Translations under genes and position numbers: made by a program
The notes under the pieces: model-generated
Told to the model about the DNA's origin: nothing
The model's database searches: none
What the model saw: only the letters and a program-made list of their open reading frames with translations
NCBI GenBank assembly: GCA_965645245.1
Contig: OZ287076.1
Span: forward strand, 1,674,001 to 1,738,000
DNA from: Massalongia carnosa
Taxonomy: Eukaryota
Direction of reading: 5' to 3'
DNA length: 64,000 nt
Shown: positions 1 to 13,429 of the stretch, piece by piece
Layout: each line of letters starts with the position of its first letter
Numbering within the stretch: position 1 is the stretch's first letter

Positions 1-1
1 G

Positions 2-415
2 CATCTTCTTCGGCGCGTGGACGCACCGGGGGCTGCCAGCTCCAACGGAATCATATTTGCCGCCCCACCAACCACCGTTGACACCGCTCCCAGCCCTCCT
101 CAAGCCACACCCACCGCAGATATCATTGCGCCACTTCCATCGCCCCGCATAAACCCTTCGGCTCCGTCCAACACCAACGGTGTCCCTGCCAAAGCGACAG
201 ATTTCGCCCGCGTGGCCGTTCTCTTCATCTTGCAAGAAAAAACCCTCAACACAGCCATTGCGGCCAACAAGAATCTGCAGGAAAAACTCGCCGACTCCAA
301 AACTTGGAACACAAGCGCCGTGTTTGCTGGGGAGGCCGTCTTGGTCGATTTTGGGAAGTGGACCGTGGATCTAGGGAACGGAACGGTTTTTGGGGGAACG
401 GCGGGCAACGGGTAG
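2..415 (+). CDS. 3' part of a Pro/Thr/Ala-rich hypothetical protein, truncated by the window start
   Basis: Open frame from position 2 to TAG at 413-415, GC-rich and coding-like; no recognisable domain. Confidence 0.45.
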   Translation, partial: HLLRRVDAPGAASSNGIIFAAPPTTVDTAPSPPQATPTADIIAPLPSPRINPSAPSNTNGVPAKATDFARVAVLFILQEKTLNTAIAANKNLQEKLADSKTWNTSAVFAGEAVLVDFGKWTVDLGNGTVFGGTAGNG

Positions 416-882
416 CTGTCGGTGTGAGTACGTGTGATTCGCAATTTGATATTCTATATTTTGTATATGTGCCACGACGGATGAACTGGAGCTGGGGGGA
501 TTTGCTGTATATAGACGGGTGTGTACGATTCACCAGGGGTAGACGAGACGAGGGACGTAAAAGAGATGGGTGGAGGTGATTCGGTATCTGTCATATCTAT
601 ATCCTTGTTCTATTTATACTCCAGTTCTTCGTCCCGCAGCATAGCCGCCGCGTTTAGCGTTCAACTAGCATAGCGTAGTTAGTTAGGTATCCGTATCCTT
701 GATGCGCAGGGCCCAAAACCGCTCGTTGTTTGTTATTCCCCCATTTTTTTGTCCCCAGTCTCCTGGTTTCTCTTTCCTCTATCTAATCGACTTTTAACAT
801 GCTTGCTCTTATTTCATACTTGAGCAAACACCGCTTACATGATCTACGTTTCTTATCTTCTTTAATCTTGAGTTTCTAGCTT

Positions 883-914
883 TAGCCCTAGCCCTAGCCC
901 TAGCCCTAGCCCTA
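883..914 (+). repeat. (TAGCCC)5 hexamer microsatellite, telomere-repeat-like variant
   Basis: Reads tagccctagccctagccctagccctagcccta, differing from CCCTAA by one base per unit. Confidence 0.85.
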
Positions 915-1878
915 ATCCTCTCATACAGGTATTGTACACGTAATTAAATATAATCCATCCGTAAACGAGCCATCATATATCTTCAAATCATTGTAGCTGG
1001 TTTCTTTGCAAAACCATCACCCTAAGCCACCTCGTTACGCATACGTTAGTTACACAGCGTGTCCACGAGAAATCTCCTTGACCGCCTAACCACTGTCCTT
1101 CAAGTATCCCACATAACTACCTATCTATTGCCAGTGACGAGGAGGAGGTAGGGATACATGTAATGAGACGGTTAATCCAATCCGAAAACCATTTACCTAT
1201 CTGCCTATCTCTCTATTTATTTATTTCTCGTGCAGTGGACCCTTATTCGGTCTCATAATGAAGGGCTGCATGCATCATACCGAGCAAGCTGCAGGCTACC
1301 ATTGATTAAAACCAGCTAATTAGCAATTTCCTACATATTGGTATCCAGTAACAGGGCCTACCTTTCCCAGATGAGTGAATGCCAAACCCCCTGATCGGTC
1401 AGCCATATAAGAACTTTGCGGCAAGCTTCAACCATACCAGAAAACTTTGGATCATGTCCGCATAACGAAATGCGACTGTGCATCATCAACTCTTGCAGCC
1501 AATAGGTTTCCAACAAGTCAACTAATCCTGCCTCAAGATTCTATGGAAGAACTGCGGTTGGCTGCAAAGCTGTTTGATCTGATTCGGATCACGGCTAGGA
1601 TGAGAGGAACAATCCTTAGCCCTAAATCCTCTTCTTGATACTCTGGTCCTTATCCTTGTTGCATCATACATCCATCACCAAGCTAAAGTGCACTAGCTAT
1701 TCAACGCTAGATCTAACGAATAATGTGGTTTATGTGGGAATTTAAGGAAACTTATCTTCTCAGCTAGTGAGCATTGAGATCTCAACAGAGTTGACCATGC
1801 CACAACTGGATGTTGCGTCAGAAGATTCAGAAGCCCATGACTACCATTAATCTCAAATCCAAAGCTTAGAAGCCAGAT

Positions 1879-2556
1879 TCAGAGCCTACACATCGCAACG
1901 TACATAAGTCTCGTTGCGTCTGTAAACCCCATGTCTCCAATATAGCCCATGTAGCCATTGAAATACTTACCAAAGGCCGCCGGACATACATCCCATATCT
2001 CCCCAGCAAGGTTTCTGAACAAGTAAACTTGCTCCTCGGTGGGAACGTCGGAGAGACACATAGCACAAGCCAACCAAGACTCCTCTAAAGCTTCAAATTG
2101 AGATCTGGTGCGTATGGCTATAGATGCTGGGTTGCGTGCCCAGAGCCCATCGACCGTGCCCAAAGTGGTTGGTTCCGTAAACCTCCAAGGGCAATTAAAC
2201 ACCATCTCCATCATGATATTCATCATCGGAAACCCGTCAGAAGTATCAAACCTCCAAAGATATCCTCCAAGCACAACGGAACCCCCATGACGGACAAAAC
2301 GGAGGACCATGTTTATCAACCCATCGTAAGGGGTGTCAATAAGACAGGGATCTGCAATTATGACTGCCTTGACAATGGGCGGATCAAGAATATTGGAAAT
2401 AGTGAACATAGCTAAAACAAGCTTCTCTAAATCAATCGTTACCTCCAAGACCCAGACCTGAGGCCGGAGCCCATGGAAATAGTTCCTGCTATTTTGTAGT
2501 AGCCCTGGCTCCCTCGAGCTGTGAAGGAGAAGAACAGAGGGATGAATATTTGGCAT
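1879..2556 (-). CDS. Hypothetical fungal protein, 225 aa
   Basis: Uninterrupted ATG-to-TAA ORF with globular composition (KAVIIADP...FVRHGGSVVLGG...CPAAFGKYFNGYMGYIGD). Confidence 0.7.
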   Translation of the reverse strand: MPNIHPSVLLLHSSREPGLLQNSRNYFHGLRPQVWVLEVTIDLEKLVLAMFTISNILDPPIVKAVIIADPCLIDTPYDGLINMVLRFVRHGGSVVLGGYLWRFDTSDGFPMMNIMMEMVFNCPWRFTEPTTLGTVDGLWARNPASIAIRTRSQFEALEESWLACAMCLSDVPTEEQVYLFRNLAGEIWDVCPAAFGKYFNGYMGYIGDMGFTDATRLMYVAMCRL

Positions 2557-3146
2557 GACGGATTACCCAAGGAGTGACTAGACAAGTTTCGAAGGTTGTA
2601 TGCAAGTGGGATTCTTCCACAAGAAGAGAAGAAACATGAAATATGTAGATATCGAAATTCAGATTAACATTGTATCAGTTTGCAGAAGTGTTCCGGACGA
2701 CCTAGGCATGTGCGGTTTCGCAATCAACAAATCAGGTTGGGATTTTGAACAGGGTAAAGAAAATGGTTGGAAATAGTAACAAGTAACTATACAAGCAATC
2801 CTTTGATTATGCGCATCACAAACTCATGAAGGAATCTACATTTTTAGGCACAAATGATCGATAAGAAATTGATCATCCCACAGGATTAGGTTTGACGGAT
2901 GACTCTATGAGACAAAAGCAAGCTTCGAATTGGGGATTCAGGTGACAAAACTCTTTTAGGTGTTCAAACTGCAGAGTGCGGATTGGATTAGATTAGATTA
3001 GATCCATGCAAGTAATGATGTCATTCTCCATTTCAAAGTGAACCATTTTGTTTTGACCAGGGAATCTTTACCCTCGTGGCCCTTTGGCTTCGACGATGTG
3101 AGCCGCCCAGTAAAACACCATTGCCTAGTTCAAACCTAATCAAAGG

Positions 3147-3945
3147 ATGGCTGATCTACAGCAGCCGCCCTTAAACTGGGAAGCTTCAGCTACAACCACT
3201 CATCCCCAGATTTCTACTTCACTTCCTCCAGAGGTCGAAGCTTGCCTCAAGAGCGCTCGATTTGTGAGACGACCCTTGGCCTCTAGCTGTGAAAGAGGTT
3301 GACCTGTTTTCATAGCTTCATCTTGCAACATGCGACAATCTGTTCCCTCATGTTTCCCTAATGAATTACACATACCTTCGCTCTACCCCTTTCGACCCAA
3401 ACCCAGTCATCATTATGACAACGAATCCATCATCAAAAAAGACACTTAACTTGATCAACAATCCTCGTGTTTCGTTACTGGTCCATGATTGGGTCTCACA
3501 TCGCCCACCAACTCGAGCTCCAGATCCAACTCGGGAAGGTTCCCCCCCTCCGCAGGCTACTCGATCGAGCTTGGCTAGCCTTTTGCTCAATATCAATACG
3601 AGCGCACTCAGTAGCATAAGCGCCACTATCAATGGCGAAGCTAGGATTGTCGAGCATGGAAGTGAGGAGGAGAAGTGGTGCAAGGAGAAGCATTTGGAGA
3701 ACAACACGTTCGGTGATCAAGCTCGAGAAGAGCAAGGGTTCTTTGGAGCACCACAAAGTGCTGGTACAAGCGAAGGCGATGGTGGAACCAGTTGTTTTAT
3801 TGAGGGGGAGGAGGTGAGGGTGGTTATAGTCGGAGTTCGGGAAGGAAGAATAGCGGACTGGAAAGGTGGCGTGAAAGATTGGGCCATTGTGTCTCCCGAG
3901 GAAGATGGCCAGAGGGGACGTTATGGAATGACCAATGGCTTTTAA
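3147..3945 (+). CDS. Pyridoxamine 5'-phosphate oxidase-like FMN-binding split-barrel protein; 2 exons (3147-3263, 3316-3945)
   Basis: LPPEVEACLKSARF|LHLATCDNLFPHVSLMNYTY...KKTLNLINNPRVSLLVHDW; GT-AG intron 3264-3315 keeps the frame. Confidence 0.88.
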
Positions 3946-4260
3946 GAGGGTATGACGGTACAAGGCTTATGACTAATGGTGCACTGGATGCTCTGTGGCG
4001 TTCGATAAATGTTTTTCCAGCCACTCGTGCCACTCAGCGGAGTATCTTTGAAGTTAACTAAGCGCCCGAAGCCCGATCCCAGAACGTCATCCCGCATTGT
4101 CGCGTAAACCTAGAACGCCCTTCGCGACTAACCTGAAGTTGGCAGTCGGCATATTTTGAGTATCTTGGAATCATTCAGTTCAGATTCCTTGCTCAACTCG
4201 ATTAGATTCTTGAAGTTTTCTCTGTAAGTTTGAGATTTCCCAATCTGTTGATAATTCAAT

Positions 4261-5863
4261 ATGGTCTACATTCGCCAAAGGAACCTAGCGGGCTTGCATC
4301 CATATAAATATGCTGGAGTCGATCACTCTCTTGTTTCTCGCTACGTCCTGAAGCCGTTTTACAACAATGTGGTCATCAATTGCTTCCCAATTTCGATGGC
4401 GTGAGTCTGATCATACTCTCAATGCCCAACTTTCAATCGTCATAGCTAATCTTTCTTTACACACAGACCCAATGCCGTAAGTCTTTGCCAGAGCCCGCCC
4501 TTTGGCAATTCGCCTAACTGGAGTGTCATTTTAGATTACGTTATCAGGATTCAGTTTCGTGATCATCAACCTCCTGACGTTACTATGGTACAATCCTACC
4601 CTGGACCGAGATATGCCCTCTTGGGTATACGCTTCTTGGGCGATTGGGCTTTTCCTATATCAGACCTTTGATGCGGTGGATGGGACACAAGCGTAGGCTA
4701 GATTGATTGCGAATGGCGAATTAATATGCTAACTTAGTGTCGCAGACGGAGAACGCATCAGAGCGGTCCCTTAGGAGAGCTGTTTGACCACGGTAAGCCA
4801 TAGGGACGATTTTTGATACGTTATGCTGATTAGTTTAAAGGCGTTGACGCCCTCAACACCGTCCTCGAGGTGCTTCTATTTGCTGCCGCAATGAATCTTG
4901 GCCAAAGCTGGAATACGGTTCTTACATTATTTGGAGGTACGTAGGAATCTAGAAATACCCAATATAGTAGCTCATATCTGGAACCAGCTACATTGACCTT
5001 CTATGTTCAGACCTGGGATGAATACTACACCCAAACTCTCATTCTTGGAATCGTTTCAGGTCCAGTGGAGGGCATTCTCACCTTGTGCATTGTGTACGCT
5101 TTCACTGCGGTGAAGGGTGGTGGTAGCTTCTGGCAGCAGTCAATGCTTGAGACATTCGGAATAGCAAAGCACGGCATAATCCCAGACTACATTTACGAGT
5201 TGCCTTTCAATGAGTGGTACATGGTTTACGGAGGAATAGTCCTCGTACTCAACACAGTACAGAGGTAATCATCTTTTTTAACCGGTTCTCAATGTCCTAG
5301 GCAAACTAATATTTGGGTACGCAGCGCCTATCATGTAATGCAGGTCCGCAAGGAACGGAACCAAAGTGTCACGACACCTCTGGCTGGCCTTCTTCCTTTT
5401 TTTGCAACTTGGACTCTCGTACCCTTCTACCTCTATCAACACCCAGTCATCCTTCATCATCATCTGATACCATTTGTCTTCTACGTCGGGCTAATCAACG
5501 CATACTCTGTTGGTCAAATCATTACTGCTCACTTGACCAAATCCCCCGATTTTCCTAATTACAATGTTCTTACCCTACCACTTGGCCTTGCAGTCATTGA
5601 TTCGTTGGGACCAATCCTAGGTGCCTGGCCTAGCGTCCTAGGCAATGGAACATATCAAATTGCCTTTGTATTTTCATGTTTGGGGTTGGCAGTGGGCGTA
5701 TATGGAAGTTTTGTTGTAAGTGAAAAAAAAACCTTCATGTAGGCTGCTAACTAACAGGCGGTAGTTTGATATTATCACGACCATCTGCGACTATCTTGAC
5801 ATTTGGTGCTTGACGATCAAGCATCCCTACAACGAAAAGGACGAGCTGAGAAAGGCAAAATAA
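4261..5863 (+). CDS. EPT1: Choline/ethanolamine phosphotransferase (CDP-alcohol phosphatidyltransferase); about 9 exons
   Basis: N-terminus MVYIRQ..YKYAGVDHSLVSRYVLKPFY; signature DAVDGTQARRT..SGPLGELFDHGVD across exons; C-terminus FDIITTICDYLDIWCLTIKHP; canonical GT-AG introns with CTAAC-like branch sites. Could be the CPT1 paralogue. Confidence 0.93.
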
Positions 5864-6814
5864 CAAGTCCTTCACTGCCCTGGGGATTATCAGCACTGGG
5901 TAGACATGGCTAAATCTATGTGTAAATGCCATGAATTAAATCGCCTAGATCGCAGGCAAGCTCTATGTCGATGTGAGTTTATTCGTGGATTGATCGACGT
6001 CCTCATTTCCAATTGCCCTTACAGCATAGCCAGAAAATTATACAATACAGCCGCTAGACTCTTAACATGCACCAAGGACGCCCCTTCAATCGCTGCCTGG
6101 GACCCTTTGGATGAGCTATATAACCTAAATAGTTAGACAAATGGATTAATAAAATCACGAATTTCCGTTCTATATCAACGCTTCGATTCCATGGTCCCCC
6201 TACGTATAAAAGTCTAGAAAATACGTCATCCTATTTCTCAAATAAAGGTTATATATCAGATCACTCCCCCAAATTTTGCTACCGACTTATCCTCCCCTTT
6301 CCATAACAAGGGAGACACATACTCGATAAAGCCCCATCCTACACTCCGTATCTAACTGGGCAGATGATTTCAACAAACACCACGCTCGCAAAGACAGTGA
6401 GTAAACCCCCATTACTCCTCCTCCTCATCCTTTCTTACTTGCTTATGCCTAGAGTCAAAGTGTCATGAAAATTACTCCTATCCAGAAATCCGAATCGATA
6501 CCCTTTTAGTTGCTCGTCTCCCTCACTATCCCTTCCCTTGCGCGTACATACATACCTATATAGTACATCGTATATCCAACAAGAATCATATTCCCCGACA
6601 CTGAGTAGTATCTATATGAACAAGTCAAGCTTTTTTGCCCATTTACATAACTAGTTACACCCACCTTTATCTGATATGCAGTATGTATGCAGCGAAAAAC
6701 TGCCGAGGCCCCTATATATATAATAACGCTTACGCACGCTTACCCTACCCCCCCCTAAACGCCATAAACGTGAAAAATAAGAACCTGCTCTTGGAAAATT
6801 AGCTTCTACGTGAT

Positions 6815-7864
6815 CTAAAACGGCACATCCATCTCTTCTGCTCCCTCCTCTTCTCTCCCCATTCTCCTATTTTTCTCTTTGCCGCCATTCCTATTCACAC
6901 TCCTATCCCCACCCGCCTCCCTCAAAATCCCTCTAACAAACCCGCCCACAGCCCCGACCCAAACCCGCTGGCACGGCACGAAATGACCCCCAGGATGCAC
7001 AACCAGCTTCCCCCCCTCAAACGCCTCGAACAGCTCCCTTCCCCTTCCCTCCTCCACCACCGAGTCGACCGCGCCCCACACATGCATCGTCGGCGTGCTG
7101 ATTCCCCTCCCCTCCCCATCGTGCTGGAAAAACCCCGCGCACCGCTTATCGCCCGCTTTGAATCCCGAGTACAATACCCCGAATTTTAGCGGTCCCTGCT
7201 GCTGCTCCTGTTCCGCTGACGGTAGGAATAGCGCGGAGAGAAGATCCTCGTGCACTGCTGCAGCGGGGAGGTTGTGGTCGGAGGAGGGAATGCGCCGCTC
7301 GAGCGCGGAGATTAGGAGCGCGGCTAGCGCTGCGCCTTGGCTGAACCCGATCACCCCGTCGAACGGCCCCTCGGTGCGAATCATGAGCGCGAGTGCCACG
7401 AACGTTTCCCGCAAGCCATCGTACACAGGCTCACCCTTGTGATCGTTGTTGCGGCGCCACCAGCCGAAATTATCTCCTTGTTCTTGTTCTTCCTCTTTTT
7501 CGTTTTCAGGCGGGAGCTCGTGAGTGGAGGAGGAGGAAGAGGAGGTGGAGAAGGACGGGGAAAAGGACGGTTGGTCGGCTAGCAGCAGGCGGTGCGGGGC
7601 GGTGGGGAAGCTGAAGAGGAGGGAAGTGGGGAGGAGAGACTTGGCCAGGGATTTCTGAAGAGCGCGGGTTTTGGCGTGGAAAGTTGGGCCGGATTGTGTG
7701 TAGCCTTGACATTTTATTATTATTGAGAATAGGTTATCCCGAGGGAGGTTTGGGGGGAAGGGTTGTTGTGTGTTGGTTCGGGAGGGGGAGGGGGAGAGAG
7801 GGTCGAGAAGGAAAGGGGGGGATAGATACATACCGTGGAGCATAAGGATTTTGATATGGGGCAT
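6815..7864 (-). CDS. FSH/OVCA2-family serine hydrolase; in-frame intron 7705-7833
   Basis: ILMLHG|YTQSG, GPFDGVIGFSQGAA (GxSxG), PTMHVWGAVD, HPGGHFVP catalytic-triad motifs. Confidence 0.92.
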   Translation of the reverse strand: MPHIKILMLHGMYLSPPFLLDPLSPSPSRTNTQQPFPPNLPRDNLFSIIIKCQGYTQSGPTFHAKTRALQKSLAKSLLPTSLLFSFPTAPHRLLLADQPSFSPSFSTSSSSSSTHELPPENEKEEEQEQGDNFGWWRRNNDHKGEPVYDGLRETFVALALMIRTEGPFDGVIGFSQGAALAALLISALERRIPSSDHNLPAAAVHEDLLSALFLPSAEQEQQQGPLKFGVLYSGFKAGDKRCAGFFQHDGEGRGISTPTMHVWGAVDSVVEEGRGRELFEAFEGGKLVVHPGGHFVPCQRVWVGAVGGFVRGILREAGGDRSVNRNGGKEKNRRMGREEEGAEEMDVPF

Positions 7865-8566
7865 GGTGAATAAGGAGGGCTAGAGTGGGGGCTGCGGGAA
7901 AGGGAGAAGAAGGAGGGGAGTAAGGCGATTGGTTGAATAGGCAATTGAGGACTTTGGTTGGGATAACGTTCTCTTATCGATAAGGGGTTCTTAAACCGGT
8001 GAGGTAGGGCTGAAATGAACTAAAGTAGGTAGCAAACGCCAGAGCTCAGCCACATGTAACCAGTTAACTTCCGGAGCCAACATCGTTAAGCCCTAAGCGA
8101 AGTTTGTCAGGAAAATAACGGTAAAATTACACGGAATGATAAATCATCCAAAACGTGATGTGCCAAGTCAAAGTCCTAGCGAACTGACAACCCAATTATC
8201 TAGTTATGTGTTGCTTTTCTGGCACCAACAGAACGAACAACAACAACAAGATCAGGAAGCGCTAGGTTCTTCTCTTGGATCTTTTTTTGGTTGGGAAGGA
8301 GGGGCCCTGGCGACAAGAGTCCCTAGGTTACTAGAGCAGGAAAGTCAGTGGTTTGGTCATAACATGAAATATTTAGTTGTCCCCCTCCTCTCTGAAGAGA
8401 GCAAGCGAGGATTATATATCTGTGTTCTCCAACTGTGCGCGCAAATACCTCCATTCAAGAATCGTGTGCTATAGGTTACCTGGAGACGTGTTGAATATCC
8501 AATTCCTACCAGCACAATGAACACCTATCAGTACGATGAACATAGCACCTACGGCTGCCCTAGATG

Positions 8567-11500
8567 CAGTGTTCGCAATGGAGTGATTCTTAATGGATAT
8601 CCACTCCATTTAATCCACTCCAATCCACTCCAAAGGTTTTTTTTTTAAATGGAGTCCATCCAATAAGGTTTTAGGCTTAATGGAGTCACTCCAATAAGGA
8701 TTTATCTAATGGAGTGGACTCCATGGAGTCCAATGGATTAGGGCCTAAAAATAGGTGGTGTTTTAGGTATAGCTCCAGGGGCCTTAAAGCTATGGTAATT
8801 CCCACATTTTAAGTGATATTTCACTTGTTTTACTGCTTTTATTCGTGTCAACCTACAAATATCACTTGCTATGGACTGAATTTGCTTCTATTTAAACTAG
8901 AAACCACCAAAATCCGTCCCGAACCGTACTTGCAGTGATGTCTGATATTAGTGACGATACAACTACAACCCGCCCCGACCCTGGCGAGACAGAGTCAGTA
9001 TTTGAGCTTCCTGGAGCATGTGATATCGACGTTCCTGAACGTATTACGCGTGGCAGAAAGCGTACGGTTGGTTCAGCAGAGCTTGGGAATGAAGCTTCAA
9101 GAGTATTGATCCATATCCTTTATTTAATCAAGCTTATATATTAATATATGGCAGAGGTCTCCATCCCAGTCAGCCCTGAGCTTTTCTCGACGTTCCCCTG
9201 CACCCTCCACGACTTCCCAAGCTACGGAGCGTCCCCATATCATCCTGAGCGGCACTATATACTCTGAGAACGACAGGAACGCTCCTGGTAACCATTCCAG
9301 CAGCCCTTCTAGGCCGTCACCTATAACCTCTATTGAAGGCAGGGTTATTGGTGGCCGGTTTTCGTCTCCTACAAGTGGAATAGCTTCAAAGAGAGCTAGA
9401 GCGAGCCGTAGTTGGATATGGGATTGGGGCACCAAGGCAGAGAGGGAGGGCAAGGCCTATTGGGTGTGTAACAAATGTAAAGTACCAGATTTATACTTAT
9501 TTGCCATGTTTGCTATGAAAATTTGTATAGAACTCAGTGTAATTCCGCCCATTTTATATGTACCGAACCATCGAGTTGTCATTTTGACATTTACTATACA
9601 TTTGTCCAATATCTATTTAATTTATATTAACGATTATTAAAGCTAATTAACTACAGGTGTTGCAGACGGTTCTAATACTGAGTATATGATCACAAACGGC
9701 ACTGCTTCATGTGGAGAGCACTTACGAAAGGACCATAATCTTGTTCCACCTAAGGAAGCAGCTGCTAGGGCATCTATCTCTGTTGTTGAACATCTTCAAC
9801 AAGGGGTAGTAGTTGCTCCTTTTAGTCCAGAAGTCTTTCGACAAAAGCTCTTACGATTTCTTTGTATTTGTCATATTCCTTTTGCCATTGTAGAGCAGCG
9901 TGCTTTTCGAGACCTGCTTTTATATTCAAGTCCGTATTTACGAGGCAATGATACACTCCCCAAGTCGGGCAATTCCATTAAAGCTGCACTATTAGAGATA
10001 TTTCTAGCTTGTCAACTTGTATTGATTCAGTTATTAGTGGAAAGCAACTGCCAAGTCCATATATCCTTTGACTTATGGTCGTCTCCTAATAATTTCTCTA
10101 TGCTAGGTCTTTGCTGTCACTTTATTGATCGTTCCTGGCAAGCACGTACAGTGATTCTTGGCATGAAGCGTCTTATTGGACCCCATAGTGGAGAGAATAT
10201 GTCAAAATTAATAGTCAAGGCCCTTGAAGTTTATAAACTAGGGGGTAGGCTCGGCTACTGTGTTTTGGATAATGCCGGTGATAATGACACTTGCTTGAGA
10301 GCAGTCGAGGAACATCTCCTTTTGCAGGGAGTTAGGTGGGACGCTGATACTCACCGACTACGTTGTTTCGGCCATATCGTTAATCTCGTGGCAACTGCAT
10401 TCTTAGAGAACAAACCTACGAAGCAAGCGCGTCAACGACTCCCAGGGGAGCCCAAGGCAGTCTGGAAACGTCCAATAGATGCTATTACGAAGCTTCATGT
10501 GATTATTGTCTTTATAATGGCCACCGCTCAAAGGATCGAGCAGTTTGAAGGGATTAATAAGACGATTCAAGACCCTCTCTTGCATCCAATTAAAGAGCAA
10601 ATCACTAGATGGTTTTCAACTCTTAATATGCTTCGACGGGCCATTCAAATCAAAGACTCTCTTGATCTATTCGTCCATCGTAACTCTGAGCAATCATTTA
10701 CTGAGAAGACTCTTTTTGATTCGCAAATGACGGTTGACGATTGGAACTACGCCAAGGAAGTGATTGCTTTTATGGAACCACTCGAAGAGCTTATGATGAG
10801 TTTACAAGGAAGAGAGATGTCTGGTATATTATATAAGCTTTAAATAACTCGATAATCACTAAGCTTTTAATAGGAAATAATGGTTACGCTCACCAAGTGC
10901 TCCCTTCATATGATTTAATAAAAAAGGGGATGGAAGAGCAGCTATTTGGCTTTGAGCTTGATGAAGTCGATCAGTCAAACCCACAGGAACTAGCTAGTAA
11001 ACGACTGGAACTGAACATTATTAACGCCATGCAAAAGCTAGAGAAATACCGTCAACTACTCACTTCCCCTATTTATTTAGTGGCCGTCGTCCTGATGCCC
11101 TGGTATAAGTGGACTTATTTTGAGGATAGTATGAGTGCTAGTGACCTTGCTCAAGCTCGTACGAAGGTCCAAAAACTTTGGCAAGACTTATATGCAAATA
11201 TAGAGGTTGCTGAAGATGATACACCGTCACCTGGAAGTCAAAATAATAAGGTATATTAACACTTATTAATATAAAAACACGGCTAACTATATTTGTAGCA
11301 CGCTAAGCCCTCCCTTTTGAAGGAACACCTTAAAAGGAGTACAAACAAAGCTAAATCCACTGTCAGAGATGAATATAGACGGTACTGTAATACAGAACCA
11401 GTTGATGAAGATGGTTGCGGGTTCTCTGGCCACTTAGAATGGTGGAAAGCTCACGAGCCTCACTATCCTAGACTAGCTCAAATGGCCAGGGATATATTCT

Positions 11501-12375
11501 CTGTGCCTGGCATGAGTGCAGAGGTCGAACGCTTGTTCTCTTCGTCCAAATTGATGATTCCAGATCATAGGAATCGTCTAAAACCCGACTTTATTGAGGC
11601 AGGAGAGTGTATTAGAAGCTGGGCCATGGGTGGGCTAGTTCTAGGAGACTATTTCGAGTACTTACCAGCGTACCAGAAGGCAGGAGAGAAGTTCGGGGAT
11701 CAAGGGAACCCATAGGAGGTGGGATGAGTGCATGGTTGCCAAGGGGACTAGAAGTTGATATTTGCTATGTTTGATGGCAAATTTGGCATTGCTGGAAAGG
11801 TTCTTTTAGGTATCTTTTGAATTTTTCCTAGTTAATTTTAGTTGAAAGGTTCAAAAACTACTTTGAGTTCGTGGAGAACAAATGCAAAAACACTCCTTCC
11901 TCATCACTTCAACATCGCAACCTCAATCTACCACCTATATTTCAGACTCTACCCCCTAGCCGAGGTTTACCGGGCCATGGAAGGTGCGAAAATCCAGCCA
12001 AAATCATCAAAACACAAAGGTCGTCGTCCTCGCTTAGCTGGGTCGTCGTCTCGATTAGGCAATTTATATCTACTACAAAGTGGTTTTACGCTCGAGGGAG
12101 GTTCCTGAAAGGTTTGTACGCACTGCACTTCAGTGGAGTCCATGGAGTCCATGGATTAAATGGATTAAATGGATTTAATCCAGTGGAGTCCACTGGATTT
12201 ACTCCACTGGAGATCCATGGACTCCGATCCACTCCATCCATTAAATATATTCCTTAATGGAGTCCAATCCATTAAGGTTTAATCTTAATGGACTCCAATC
12301 CATATAGGTCTAGACTTAATGGATTGGATTGGAGCGCCACTCCAATCCAATCCAGTCACTCCATTGCGAACACTG
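8567..12375 (+). mobile_element. Full-length hAT DNA transposon
   Basis: Perfect 20-bp TIR CAGTGTTCGCAATGGAGTGA (8567-8586, 12356-12375); 8-bp TSD CCTAGATG (8559-8566, 12376-12383); dense subterminal ACTCC/GGAGT/AATGGA repeats. Confidence 0.97.
8938..11715 (+). CDS. hAT transposase; 5 exons (about 8938-9102, 9155-9476, 9657-10823, 10874-11250, 11299-11715)
   Basis: Splicing assembles a BED finger (SWIW..YWVCNKC..HLRKDH), DLWSS, VLDNAGDN, RLRCFGHIVNL, TRWFS and the hAT dimerisation domain (WWK...YPRLAQMARDIFSVPGMSAEVERLFS). Confidence 0.93.
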
Positions 12376-13429
12376 CCTAGATGGACAGATCATCTACGGA
12401 AACCGTAGATGCCGCATTAGGCTTAGTCCCAAGATAAGATAAGATCACCTCGCTTAGAAGGGGGTGACCAGTAATAGGAAAAGATTGCTGCCTAGCAACT
12501 CTTCATCCTTAACATCACGGTCATACATACCTTTATTATTACATAGCCATATAGCCATAGTCATATATCTATTTCAACAAGACGTTTGAAATGAATTTAG
12601 GGGCTCAATTGAGTGAGAAATGAGGAACAAGAAAACCCCCCCTTCTCAAGAGAAATGTTTGGCTTTGAGGTAGATGTAATATTTGAATTAGTAATTCAAC
12701 AACTCTAACTTGACAGTGCTAGAGAGACGAGCCGACGGAGAAAGAAAACGATCAAAGACAACAGCTGCTTAAAACGGCAAGCAAAAAAACTGGAACACCC
12801 CTTTGCATACCCAAAATGAAACTTGCCACACGAGGCTTTGGGCATTAACACGACAACCCTATCCTATTGAGGCGGATTGTACTTGTTTGTGAGTAAAGTT
12901 GCCTGCCCGGTCTTTCTGCCTCTCGTTTCCAACGACTGCATGCTTTGAAGCTATTCAACCAAGAGAAGAGAGGACGATTTCAATGAACAAGAGATTGCGC
13001 CGTGCAAACAGGAGCATGTACGGAGCAGGTAATTAGGGAGTTAGTATAGGCTAGGGACGGCAAGAAGGCAGGAGGGAAAGCATCGGGCTTGGTGAGCAAG
13101 TTGATGATAGTGGTGCTGGTGGTCAGAAGACTCCTCTCTTATTGGAGCATAGAAAAGAAAACATATTCAATAACAGTAAAATTGAGGTACTCATCGCACA
13201 AAGGGTAAATTTGGCTTGAGGCTAAGCTCACGGGCCCAGCCGTTAGTAGGGTGTTTGCCCCGATAATCCTATGCAAAGTTGGATCACTGCGGCGAGGTCG
13301 ATGTATGCAAGACTCCTTAAGACCACCAGCGATTGCGTAAATAATGCATAGTTCGTAACACTTTGACCTCCTCAATTCCATATTAACCTAGCATGACCAT
13401 CACTCTACTCCCGAACTCTTAACATTGTC

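Noticed and set aside
883..914. True telomere or chromosome end
   Set aside because: Only five variant CCCTAG units, internal to an intergenic region.
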